From assembly GCA_002269645.1 (NCBI GenBank), contig NIVC01000890.1:248001-312000 (forward strand): a DNA stretch of 64,000 nt. The letters run 5' to 3'. The stretch comes from Macrostomum lignano. Lineage: Eukaryota. Positions 1 through 11,939 of this stretch are shown in pieces (within the stretch, counting starts at the first letter, position 1; each line of letters begins with the position of its first letter). The notes under the pieces were generated by a model, which was not told where the DNA came from, searched no databases, and was given only the letters and a program-made list of their open reading frames with translations. The position numbers and the translations under genes are program-made.

Positions 1-1472
1 AGTTGTTGCCATGGGAACCGCGGGGAAGCAGCTCCGATAGCATCTCTTGTCCATTGACGTAGGCGCCAAAGTAGAAAGCTCTCGAGGGTAGCACGCCCAG
101 TATGGTCATGCTGAGGCCTTTGAAAAGGCCTCGGATACCCTCAGTGTGTCGAATGTAGCGAATGCACTGCAGTACAGACATTCGACTGACTGCGGCCATC
201 TTGTTGACCTCGGAGCAGGTTGCCTAAATACAATTTGGCAAGAGAATTAAGAAAGTCTATTGAGTAGCATGTTCATAGCAAAATCATATTGAATATAGCT
301 TAGCTATATTTATAACAATTTAATTACAAGAATGCAAAGTTATCTAGATAATTATAAGAATATGGTGATTAATGGCAACCCTATGATAACCCTTTGGTTA
401 AAAAGAAAAAAGTCAATATCTATTATCTATGACAATTTTACTTGAATAAGGTGATTTATAAAACTGAAAAAGGAATTGGTTCTTAAGAAAATACATGTAC
501 TTTTTAATGGATTTGCATGAATTATTTTTGCTCCTTGTTTACTGGGCACCCCTGGGTTTATTTTTTGTGCAATGTGCATATGCACCCTAAATTTTAAAAA
601 GTGGATGCAGTTTAGGTGCAGTCTCATAACCTATTTTTGTTGAAGCCTCAGTTGCACTGCCTTTAAATAAGAAAAAAGAGAAATTGCACTCTTAGTCTTA
701 AAATTGCACCTTGAAATTGAGCATAGGTTGCACTTTTGCACATTGTATCTGGCGAAAAATAGAACTATACCACATCCCATAGGCCAAAGGGAGGCACTTG
801 ATTCCTAGTATTCATCTGACAAGTCAAAAATCTATTATGCATGCAATGGACATAAATAAATGCATTGGTTATGTTATAAACTTAATGTTTTTTTTGTATT
901 TTTGCTTTGATAGGAGATGGGACTTTGGGTTATGCAAAATTTTATAGTATACTTGTATACTAGTATACTAATAAATTTTTGATTCATGACATGCATTCAC
1001 ACTTAATTAATATAAACAATATAAAGTAAAGTAGGCCTATATTAAGGTTTTAAAATAAAAACCAACCTGTGAATAGCATGTAGCAGCCATAGCCGGTTGT
1101 AGTCCAATCCAATTAGGTGGTATCTTAAGCATTGTCCTAGCAGCTGATGATGATGTTGCATAACCAGTAGTAGAAGATACTGGCGAATGTCCATTGCTAA
1201 TACCATTGTGCCATTGCCAATGGGTGACAGAGCTTTGTAAGCGGGTTTTCACAATCTCAAGTGGTGAGGTGAGCACAGCTCCAGTGGTGCCAGCTAAGCT
1301 GAAAAGTGAAAAAAACGGGGAGAAACATTTATAAGCATGTCACTGACAGATTTAAAAATGAAACGGGTTTGACCAAATACTAGGCCTACTGACTGTACTA
1401 CAATACAAAATACAAACACAACACTGCTTACCCTCCAGCGACAACATGAGCGAAGCTGCCATCCAGAACCAT
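1..1472 (-). CDS. SLC25A36: Mitochondrial carrier, SLC25A33/SLC25A36 (Rim2-like pyrimidine nucleotide carrier); 5' part of gene, continues beyond position 1
   Basis: Phase-consistent GT-AG exons 1472-1432, 1298-1067 and 223-<1 give [36 protein letters not shown]...EGIRGLFKGLSMTILGVLPSRAFYFGAY. This has the carrier signature PxExxKxR and the GLFKG..P.RA.YF segment of the SLC25A33/36 group. 33 versus 36 cannot be resolved. Confidence 0.88.
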
Positions 1473-2015
1473 TTTTCATAGCTATCGAACTCTTCTAAGC
1501 TTTACAAATTTGCTAGTTTAAAAAGATATGTAACTTAAAAGTTATAAAATGTCCACAAATTATTGAATTTTTTATTTCACGCTGTCTTCTTGATCTTGGT
1601 GCCTTCTAACTTAGCACACTAGGTTTGAACAAGAGTAATTATAGCTAACCAAGCATGCGCCAGCTGCATGGAGGGAATCCTATCAGGCGACACGTGATGA
1701 TCTTGGGGAATCCCCATAGAAAATAATTTAATTCAATCATTAAACATTTTTATCATACTAGTAAAAATTAAATTGTGATTTGGAATTTATTTTTAACAAG
1801 TTTGAGTCCTAAAATTTACTAAAAACAGAGAAATGTTTGTTATAACCCATGTTGAATTGTGTTGTATTTCAAGATGTAAGCTTTACTAGAAAGACGTAAG
1901 AAGTAGCTCAAGTTGCTACTGTATATTATCTTAATAACGTTACTTTCCTATATTTTTCCCACTTCCGATTCCTTAATCCTTATAAAGTTACTTTAAATTC
2001 AGAAATTGTCCAATA

Positions 2016-5000
2016 ATGAGTAGTTTATTTGTTGGTTCAAGCCTCTCCAACTTTTATAGAGCAGCAAGGCCAAGATATCCTAAAACAGTGATGAACTCAA
2101 TTTTCACGGCATGGAAACAACTAATTTCTCCGAATACAAGGATTCAGGACAATCTTGATGTGGAAGAGTTAAAAGTGCGTATTTTTTCTTTTGAAAATAA
2201 TATATGATTTCTAAAATGTTGGCATACGAAGCTCTGTAACTGTACTCATAATTTTTTAGTAGTTTCCTGTGTACATCAGAAAACAGTCCATTTCGGCGAC
2301 AAGTTAAATCGGCGACAGCCATTTCGGCGATAGCGTAAGCAAGAAATGAAAGCAAATGCGGGAGCGGGGCTGGTGGTTATTCTCGGCATGTACAACTGCA
2401 GGGGAGGGCGGGGAAGGACTCTTGGGGACTCTGGACTCCAGTGGTGCCAAGCAGTGTTGGGCACTACCATTACCGAGTAACTTGCAAATGGTAATGCAAG
2501 TTACTTTTTCGTAAAGTGTTCCTTATGCAAGTTACTTTTTTATTTTAGTAACAGAGTAACAGTAAGTTACTCAAATTTCGGAAGTCTGTTACAGTTACTT
2601 TGCAACAATCTCAATATTTAAATTTAAAACTGAAATGCTTAGCTATTACGCTGGTTGTCACATGTTTTTGCATTTTTCATTCCTAAATTCAAAATTAAGT
2701 GAATAGTATCAAATGGTATTCCGCTTAATTAATGAAGAAATACTTGAAACATGTTTTACTTTGTTAATTTCGGTAAAATATTTTTGCCTTTTTCATTTTC
2801 AAGTTACTAAAAATTTTCAAGTTTGATTCAAACAAACAACCAAAGAAAGAAATTCATCTGTAGCCTCCACAAGTCCCTCCACTGGCCACTGCAGTACTAT
2901 ACCATTTTATACAGTTCTATTTATTTTACTGTATTGAATTATTGGTATTCATTGATTTTATCATTTATAATTTTAATTCTTGATTGCCATTGCCCATGGC
3001 CATTGGTCCTTCTACTTGCCTCACATTGTGTTGCCAATCTGTCTCTGTCTGTTAATTGGTTAATCCTAATGCCCAATGGCAAATTTCAATAACAACAATT
3101 CAATGTAAAAAATGTGCAATGTGAAAAAAGCAGAAAATTTTGTTAATAACATGGGTAACAGAAGTGAGTAACAGACAGTAACTTAAAAGTTACTGGGTTT
3201 TTGTCTAAAGTTACTAGGCTAATTTAAGTTACTTTTTAAAAATTGGTAGGCCTAACTTAAGTTATAGTAATGCAAGTTAATTTTTTTGAGTAGGCCTAAC
3301 TTGCCCAACACTGGTGCCAAGATTGTCCTGGCACCACTGAAGCTGTGCTCACTTCACCGCTTGAGATTGTGAAAACTCACTTACAAAGCTCTGTCACCCA
3401 TTGGCAATGGCAATGGTATTAGCAATGGACATTTGCCAGTATCTTCTACTACTGGTTATGCAACATCATCATCATGATAAGAGCCTGCTGGCTGCATGTG
3501 CTGCCCTCAATTGACCTGCATCAGAGTGATGGTAAGTTAAGATGGTTATAAGTACAGTTTGGCAGGTACATGCAGCCAATGCATTCTATGCACTAATTGC
3601 AGGAGGCTGTAGATGGAAATAGATGGGAAAGATGGCCAGGGCAACAAGCAAAAGAAGGACTGGATTTGTTTTTTATTTCTTAATGTAAAACAATGTAAAA
3701 CAACGTAACATAAAACAAACTGCTTTGTTTTAGCTTTGTGATGACTTGGACTTTTATTTCACTTTTAAAATTAAAATAAACACATTATTAACGCTTTTGC
3801 CGAAATGGCTATTGCCAATTTAACTTGTTTCCAAAATGGTTGTTGTTGAAATAGTTTGTTGCCAAAGTGGACTAATACTGTACATCATATATTTAGTTCT
3901 TCAGCTACATGTTTTAAAGGATAATTAAGTCAAAATGCAACTTTTCCAATTTTAGAAATCTGGTTTAGCGCTTGATGTTGGTTGTGGATCTGGTCAGCTA
4001 ACAGAATTATTGGGCATTTATTTTGCAAAAGTCATTGCAAGTGATCTAAGTACCACACAGATATCTGCTGCACAGAGTGCATCTTCAGCATCAAATAACA
4101 CCAAGTTTCAGTAAGTTATTATAGCTAAATAATAAAACATTTCATTGCTTGTTGCAATTAAATTTTTGCCCATGTAATGGTTAATATTGTTTTAAATAAA
4201 TCATTCTTATTCTCAGTAAAGTAGGCCTAACAAAATAGTATACAACTAGTATATTAAGCCCCCCATGGGGGCCATTTGAATTAAAAATTCAAACATTGAA
4301 AGCATTAAAACAGATTGTTTTTCAATTTTTTTATATTTGAAATATTATCCTTTTTAATATTTAATTAAAAAGATTATTTTTTTCAAATAGTTGACCTATT
4401 TGGCTATTCCTAATTAGTATAGGGCCTAACTTAATATACCAATTTGCAAATAAATTAATGAATGAATTATGAATTGTGATTGTGCCATCCTGCATTTCAA
4501 AATAATATAAACAAAATCAGAGCAGTTTAGGGGATTGGTAAAAAGGCACATTACATTTCAGACCAGCTTGATAACCCCGTATCCACATTCTTTCATTGAT
4601 TGTCTATTAGAATTGTTGGTAAAAGATGATAAAATTTATCATATATGTAGGTAGAAAATGTATATAGGTTTCCTAACAGATATTTTCCTGGCAGATATTT
4701 TATCATTTGAACAGATAATTCAAACAAAAATGAATTCATGTTTTGGTATACATTCCTTACTCTGAAGCCATATTCAGCTTTAAATTTTATAAGCAGAAAT
4801 TTTCTGCCCTAAAGAAAAAAATATTGGTATGAATTCAAAGTGTGTCAAAAGACAAATTTAGTGGCACCCCTAATTACAAACACATTTTAGTAGCAAATAT
4901 CTTAGAAAATACAAAATACAATCATATGTCTTGAAGATGTCATTGCAAAGCTGAGAAATGCATCAAGAAATGAGTGAAAAAGTTTCAGTGAAAATGATTG

Positions 5001-7812
5001 GAGCATAAAGACATAGCAATAAATCAAAGTTTTGGTTGATCTTGGTTGAAGATTGTTGTCCAACTAAAACTTTGATTTAACAAATGGATAAAGCATGATG
5101 TTAAATCTCATTATCTATCCTATGTCAGCTTAAGTTGGCATAAGATCCCCATTTTTAACTAATATTCTATAAAATTTTTCATTCCATTTACAAGTTATTT
5201 ATTGTGTAACAAACTATATATTTCCAAATGTCTTACTATGCTAAATTTGGGGCAATAGTATAATTTTTTGTAATTGCAATTGCTTGTAATTTTGATTTGC
5301 AAGGTTAAAATTGCATTGCCAATAGGAAATTATAATAATTAAATAGTATATAGTGAATACAGTTACAGCTAATTAGTATTAAACTTAATTAAATATTTCT
5401 ACTAAATTGATCATTTATTACTTAATCTATTATTATTCACAGTGTAGGCGATTGTTACAGTCTTCGATGCCCAGACAAAAGTGCCGATCTGATCACAGTG
5501 GCTCAGGCGCTACACTGGTTTGATGTGCCAAAATTCTATAATGAAGTGGGCCGCTGCCTGAAGCCCACAGGTGCACTGGCTTTGCTCTGCTATGGCTTCT
5601 GCTCACTTCGCTTGCATGGAGTTGACAGTTCAAATGAGATTCGAGCTAATCAACTCATACAGGAGGTGAAAAAAATGAAGTTATATGCAATTATTATCTC
5701 ATCTTCCAATTCACTTGCAACACTAAACTCTCTGTCTAACTGGTGACTCTATTGTCTAACTGGTGACTCTCTTGTCTAACTGGTGACTCTCTTGTCTAAC
5801 TGGTGACTCTCTTGTCTAACTGGTGACGCTCTTGTCTAACTGGTGACTCTCTTGTCTAACTGGTGACTCTCTTGTCTAATTGGTGACTCTCTTGTCTAAC
5901 CGGTGACTCTCTTGTCTAACTGGTGACTCTCTTGTCTAACTGGTGACTCTCTTGTCTAACTGGTGACTCTCTTGTCTAACTGGTGACTCTCTTGTCTAAC
6001 TGGTGACTCTCTTGTCTAACTGGTGACTCTCTTGTCTAACTGGTGACTCTCTTGTCTAACTGGTGACTCTCTTGTCTAACTGGTGACTCTCTTGTCTAAC
6101 TGGTGACTCTCTTGTCTAACTGGTGACTCTCTTGTCTAACTGGTGACTCTCTTGTCTAACTGGTGACTCTCTTGTCTAACTAGTGACTCTCTTGTCTAAC
6201 TGGTGACTCTCTTGTCTAACTGGTGACTCTCTCGTCTAACTGGTGACTCTCTTGTCTAACTGGTGACTCTCTTGTCTAACTGGTGACTCTCTTGTCTAAC
6301 TGGTGACTCTCTTGTCTAACTGGTGACTCTCTTGTCTAACCGGTGATCCTCTTGTCTAACCGGTGATCCTCTTGTCTAACCGGTGATCCTCCTGTCTAAC
6401 CGGTGATCCACTTGTCTAACTGGTGACTCTCTTGTCTAACTGGTGACTCTCTTGTCTAACTGGTGACGCTCTTGTTCAAAATCTCGATGACTCCTTGATT
6501 TCTGATTGAACATCAATCAATGTGTTGTTTTTTGTAAGGAGATTTCGTACGGATTTTGGAATTATTAAGATGGGCTAAAATAATAAAATTAACTTAAAGC
6601 AGATTAATATTGCTATTAACTTTTCATTACCTGTATTTTCAGTACTTTCAAGGTGAAAACTACATTGGACCGTACTGGGACGCCAGACGCGAACTGGTTG
6701 ACACGGCTTATAAAACTCTGCCCATGTTTAACGAGAACAAGTGCATCAGGTACTTTGGTTCTTCTTTGTATTTTATGCATAAAAGAAATAAGAGGCAGAC
6801 AAAGTAATGGACAACTGTTTAAAAACATAATCGCTACATATTTAATCCGCAGACTAACAGAAGAAATGCCACTAGAGACGACCCTGTCACAGTTTGTGTC
6901 CTATCTGAAAAGCCACTCGGCATATCAAACTTACCTGGAGAGGGTGCAGCCTGCCAGTCCCGATGTCGATGTTCTTAACGTTTTTGTTAATAAGTAATGA
7001 TATATACTGTACTAAATTCTTGTCAATTGTGGCTTCTAGACCTAGCAGGGTAGCGCTGGCCCAGCAACTGGGGATCTGGGATTGATGGGGGATCAGCAGC
7101 TTTAGGGATCTGGGGGATCGGTCCAACAACTGAGAATCTGGGAGGCTGGCCCAGCAACTGAGGATCTGGGAGGCTGGCCCAGCAACTGAGGATCTGGGAG
7201 GCTGGTGGCCCAGCAACTGAGGATCTGGGAGGCTGGTGGCCCAGCAACTGAGGATCTGGGAGGCTGGTGGCCCAGCAACTGAGGATCTGGGAGGCTGGCC
7301 CAGCAACTGAGGATCTGGGAGGCTGGCTCAGCAACTTAGGATCTGGGAGGCTGGTTCAGCAACTAAGTATCTGGGAAGCTGGCCCAGCAACGAGCAACTG
7401 AGGATCTGGGAGGCTGGCTCAGCAACTTAGGATCTGGGAGGCTGGTTCAGCAACTAAGTATCTGGGAAGCTGGCCCAGCAACGAGCAACTGAGGATCTGG
7501 GAGGCTGGCCCAGCAACTGAGGATCTGGGAGGCTGGCCCAGCAACTGAGGATCTGGGAGGCTGGCCCAGCAACTGAGGATCTGGGAGGCTGGCCCAGCAA
7601 CTGAGGATCATGGAGGCTGATTAAGTATATCGAACAGGTTACTTACATGCACATCAGAGTTGCATTACCCGCTAACTGATTTCAGACTAACACCGCTGCT
7701 GCAATCCTCAATGACGAACAGCCCGGAAACCTCGGAACATGCAAGCAGCACCAAACCAGAGCCCTCTCTGACGCTGCTGTTTCCTCTGACTATCATCGTC
7801 TGCGTGCCGTGA
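2016..7812 (+). CDS. Class I SAM-dependent methyltransferase (Methyltransf_11-type, DDB_G0268948-like), 6 exons, ~303 aa
   Basis: Exons 2016-2174, 3956-4110, 5443-5665, 6643-6749, 6853-6993 and 7686-7812, all GT-AG and phase-consistent (912 nt). Motifs: LF.G...[16 protein letters not shown] (motif I), [23 protein letters not shown], and C-terminal L.LLFP. Confidence 0.88.
2452..3313. mobile_element. hAT-superfamily MITE nested in the MULE
   Basis: TIR CAGTGTTGGGCA / TGCCCAACACTG; exact 8-bp TSD GTGCCAAG at 2444-2451 and 3314-3321; GTAAC/GTTAC subterminal repeats; no transposase ORF. Confidence 0.9.
3328..3474 (+). pseudogene. Inverted partial copy of SLC25A33/36 exon 2
   Basis: Matches the reverse complement of 1145-1293 with 6 substitutions and a 2-bp deletion (~95%, counted by eye); no acceptor site or start codon. 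Confidence 0.92.
5730..6475. repeat. 20-bp minisatellite (GTCTAACTGGTGACTCTCTT)n, ~37 copies, methyltransferase intron 3
   Basis: Directly visible near-perfect tandem array. Confidence 0.95.
7055..7618. repeat. 28-bp minisatellite (GGCCCAGCAACTGAGGATCTGGGAGGCT)n, methyltransferase intron 5
   Basis: Tandem array with 28/31/33-bp variants; the same unit recurs inverted at 43763-44420. Confidence 0.95.
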
Positions 7813-8689
7813 TTGACTTATCCAACTACCACATTAGTTAAACTAAGATATGGTATTTTATACAGTTACACATAAATCAATCTAAATACTTGCATATTCC
7901 TATTGTATCTAGCTACAAATACTTCGACAGATGTCATTATAATAGGTATTGCACTTATCTGTTTAATTGATCTGCATTCTGCAACACCCCTGTACTTTAA
8001 TGCTCCTTGTCAGAAGCAAATACTGATAATTAAAAGAGGGACTTTGCTGCTGACGGCAGCTGGAAGCCTGCTGTTGTGACCAACTGCTGCGGGATTTTTG
8101 TTAGTTTTGTTAGCTTGTTTTTTTTGGGGTGGTGTTTTACCCCTCTCGCTGCGTGCGCCTTTCTGCAATACTTCGCTGTACATTCTTACTCAGGTACGCT
8201 CTGCATTCTGGCCGCTCTTGCTCTCCACCATTAAGCCTCCTTATACACCCAATGTATCGTGCTCAATATTTAAAATATAAATCGCAGTCGCTTTCCTCGT
8301 ATCAAGCGTATATCGTTCTACCAATCTAAATTGAAGTCTTTACAACATACATACATGAATTAAAGGTCTCGATTTAGCCCATCAGGTTATTGATGACAAC
8401 TTATAATACTTTTATACCGCAAAAATTCTTATTGTGTGTTCTTTAAGGCTATTAAGTTTCGTTAATGTTACTCTACCTACCAAGTACCAATCTTATTTTG
8501 TTTTTCTAATAATTAATCGTTTGATTCAGGGTAATGAGAGGGGCGGGGCTCAGTTTTGCTTTCAAATAAATTGACAAGAGTTCTGAGTTGATAAATTTCT
8601 GATTTTGAGAAACTCATTCTTTAATTGCTAATTCATCTGAGCAGGCGCTAATTTATTTTAGTAGTTTCTAATTTCATTTAAAGGTGCAC

Positions 8690-9720
8690 CATTTCATTTG
8701 AGGAAGCACTCTTTCAATTCAGAAAGTACAATTTCATTTGAGCGGGCGCTATTTTATTCGAGGCGCCATTTTATTCACGAGAGGCGGCACTTCATTTGAG
8801 AGGCGCTATTTCAATCAATAGAGGCGCCATTTCATTCGAGAGGCGCCATTCCATTTGAGAGAGGCGCCATTGCATTTGGGAGACACGCCATTTCACTTAA
8901 GAGAGGCGTCATTTTGTTAAAGAAAATGTCATTTTTTAAGAAGCGTCATTTCATTCGAGGAGAGGTGTCATTTCGTTTAAGAGAGGCAGCAACTTTTTAG
9001 GAGAGGCGCCATTCCATTTGAGAGAGGCGCCATTTTATTTAAGAGAAGCGCCATTCCATTTGAGAGAGGCGCCATTTTATTTAAGAGAAGCGCCATTCCA
9101 TTTGAGAGAGGCGCCATTCCATTTGAGACAGACGCCATTCCATTTGAGAGAGGCGCCATTCCATTTGAGAGAGGCACCATTCCATTTGAGAGAGACTCCA
9201 ATCACTCCATTCCATTTGAGAGAGACTCCAATCACTCCATTCCATTTGAGAGAGACTCCAATCACTCCATTCCATTTGAGAGAGGCGCCATTTCATTTAG
9301 GAGAGGCGCCATTCGATTTGAGAGAGACTCCAATCACTCCATTCCATTTGAGAGAGACTCCAATCACTCCATTCCATTTGAGAGAGACTCCAATCACTCC
9401 ATTCCATTTGAGAGAGACTCCAATCACTCCATTCCATTTGAGAGAGGCGCCATTTCATTTAGGAGAGGCGCCATTCGATTTGAGAGAGACGCCATTTAAT
9501 TTAAGAGGCGCCATTTAATTTGAGAGAGGCGCCATTTAATTTGAGAGAGGCGCCATTCCATTTGTGGAGGCGCTATTTAATTTGAGAGAGACGCCATTTA
9601 ACTTGAGAGAGGCGCCATTCAATTTGAGAGAGACGCCATTTTATTTGAGACGCCATTTAGTTTGAGAGAGGCGCCATTCCATTTGTGGAGAGGCGCCATT
9701 TAATTAAAGAGAGGCGCCAT
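8690..9720. repeat. ~21-bp minisatellite (GAGAGAGGCGCCATTCCATTT)n with a 30-bp variant
   Basis: Degenerate on the left, regular from ~9000, ends abruptly at 9720 near the RPL13 3' end. Confidence 0.93.
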
Positions 9721-9915
9721 AAAAAAACGCAATAAAAGCCAACAACCTTTGTTTATATCAATTTTTTTTTCAATCCAAACGCAAATTGCGGACTTAGTTT
9801 AAAATCCAACCTATCGCATCGCTTCAATTAGTGTATTTGAATTGTTTCAATCATTCAGCAATTCCGTACAATCAAACCGATGTGTCAGTCAGTGAGCCGG
9901 TTTTGGTTTCGAACT

Positions 9916-10539
9916 TCACTTTTTCTCCTTCTCGGCCTGTTCCGCCTTCTTCTTGCGCAGTCCGTCCAGCCGCTTGTTAGCCCGGGCCTGGCGGATGGCG
10001 TGGAAGGCGTGGAACTTCTTGTCGTCCTCAGACTGGACGCGAGCCTTCACGCGGCGCAGCCGGCGGCCAGGAGCCACCACGGGTGGCAGCGGACGCTGTA
10101 CAACAGACCGGAGCTCCTCCTCGGAAGCTTCGCCAGCCTTTGGCGCCTTGGGATTCTTCGGGAATAGGATCAGCTTGCCACGGTAGGCCTTCAATCGCTG
10201 GGCATTGCGCTGCAGACTCTCGGCTGAGCGATTCTTGCGCCGATGATCGACGGCGATGCCGATGGTTTGGGCGACTCGGCGATTGATGCCGGCGGCCTTG
10301 AGCTCGTCCAGGCTGAAGCCGCGGCCGGGGCGGACCCGCATGTTGTACCTGATGGTCTGGCAGCGGACCACCGGGCGAAGCGGCCCATTCACTGGCCTTG
10401 GCGCTACAAGGCGCGCTTTCTCAACGCGCGCCTTACGACGGCGTTCCTTGCGAGCGGGCTGGTTGAACCAGGTGCGAACAAAGCGCTGCCAGTCCTTGTG
10501 GAAATGGGCATTCGGTATGATGTTCTTGCGCTTCACCAT
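9916..10539 (-). CDS. RPL13: 60S ribosomal protein L13 (eL13), single coding exon, 207 aa
   Basis: Intact ORF with eL13 motifs [36 protein letters not shown]...R.GRGFSL.EL and GI.VD.RR.N.S.ESLQ.N.QRLK.Y. Splice acceptor 11 nt upstream of the ATG. Confidence 0.97.
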   Translation of the reverse strand: MVKRKNIIPNAHFHKDWQRFVRTWFNQPARKERRRKARVEKARLVAPRPVNGPLRPVVRCQTIRYNMRVRPGRGFSLDELKAAGINRRVAQTIGIAVDHRRKNRSAESLQRNAQRLKAYRGKLILFPKNPKAPKAGEASEEELRSVVQRPLPPVVAPGRRLRRVKARVQSEDDKKFHAFHAIRQARANKRLDGLRKKKAEQAEKEKK

Positions 10540-10649
10540 TGTGAGTCCGGCTGCATGAGTAGAGATTGGTGGCCAATATTAATTAATTAACAGAGTAGCC
10601 ATGATGAAAATAGATTTCAAAATTCTTGAACCTCTGGGTACGGGTCCTT

Positions 10650-10865
10650 TGAACTTCTCTTTTGTCTCTTCTCACTCCTCACTCCTGTCTCCTCTTTCCT
10701 CTCTTTTTTTTTCACCTCTCTCCTCTCTCGTCTTCTCTCTTTTCTTGTTTCTGCTTTCCTCTCATCTCTCTTGTTTTACTTTTCCTCTTTGTTCTCTTAG
10801 TCTTTGTTCTCCTCTCCTCTATTATATTTTTTCTCTTGTATCTTCTCTCCTCTCCTCTCTCAATT
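10650..10865. repeat. CT-rich low-complexity tract
   Basis: Pyrimidine-rich degenerate microsatellite. Confidence 0.85.
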
Positions 10866-11939
10866 TGTGTCCTTGAGAAAAACACCTTAAGTCTGCATTG
10901 CTTTAGTTTACTTGGCTATAAAACTTATAGCATTAGCTGGGGTAATTAAGAATGTATGTCGCAATTACCCTGACCTTGGACTGAACAGCCATATCTAAAG
11001 AGCTTTTCACAATATAGGTTTGCTCTGTATGCCATTGTTAAATCTGTTTTCAGTTTCATCACTTGTGCAAGTGTTTTTTTTGCAATTATCAAAGAATTAA
11101 GCATTTTTGTTATTATAAAGGTTTATAATTTACTGGACTAGACAAAAATTTTCATATGCCTAATAAAAAGACACAATAACCTAAACAAATAAAGAGGCAC
11201 CCATTCATAACTTTTACTCAATACAAATAAGTATTTAAGTATATAATATAATAAAAGTATATAAAAGTATATAAGTATATAATAAAATTAGGCCTATTCA
11301 GTAGGCTATAGGCTAGCTAGGCCAAAGCCTATACTAAATGCAAAAATGCTTATCTAATAACAATCAATATAAGGCCAAAATTATTTACACAGACTTTTTA
11401 TTTATAATTACAAATTTTACATAGATCTATTGAGTTTTTCAAGGTCTAATCCATTTAATAGATTTTGATACTAGCTAGCTAATGTATAAAATTTTTATAT
11501 TTGGCTAAGCTATACTTCCAAGTCCAAATTCTATACTTTTTTATTTGTTGTATTTGTATGCATGATTATAGTTAAAGTATTTATTTGCTAAGCTTGGCTA
11601 TTAGTATTATTAGTTGTTATTATTATTATTATTATTAATTATTTATTACTTTGTACACAATAATATATTTGGCTAAGATACTGATTTTTATATAATTTGT
11701 TGAAAGCTGAGGCAAGTTAATGGTTTAAAAGGACAAAAGTAACAATGTTTATGCATAATCATAAATAAAAAGCAAAGTTAAATAGATTTTTTGAATTTTT
11801 TTATTTAATGTCTAGAATCCCAAGTATGTTTATAATGCTAATAAAGTATTTCCTATAATTTGTCTTGGCTTAGAACCTAGGACATTTATATTGCTTTAGG
11901 TTCTGTTATTTTAGCTAAAAAAGTGCTTTTACTTATAGC

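Larger units (their letters stand above)
2279..3878. mobile_element. Non-autonomous Mutator-like (MULE) element carrying a host exon fragment, in methyltransferase intron 1
   Basis: 9-bp direct repeat TGTACATCA at 2270-2278 and 3879-3887. G...C termini. Imperfect TIRs built from a (G)CCATTTCGGCGACAAGTTAAATCGGCGACA unit: left 2279-2340, right ~3790-3878 with one extra unit. Confidence 0.75.

Noticed and set aside
3328-3474. Antisense regulation of the carrier gene by the intronic exon copy
   Set aside because: In the methyltransferase pre-mRNA the copy has the same sense as the carrier mRNA, so it cannot base-pair with it.
8090-8330. Possible 5'-truncated LINE 3' end on the minus strand (short frame ...AYLSKNVQRSIAERR...* then an A-rich tail)
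   Set aside because: No recognisable RT motif and no TSD found.
9916-10539. RPL13 as a processed pseudogene
   Set aside because: The ORF is intact with conserved motifs, has an upstream splice acceptor, and lacks a poly(A) tail or TSD.
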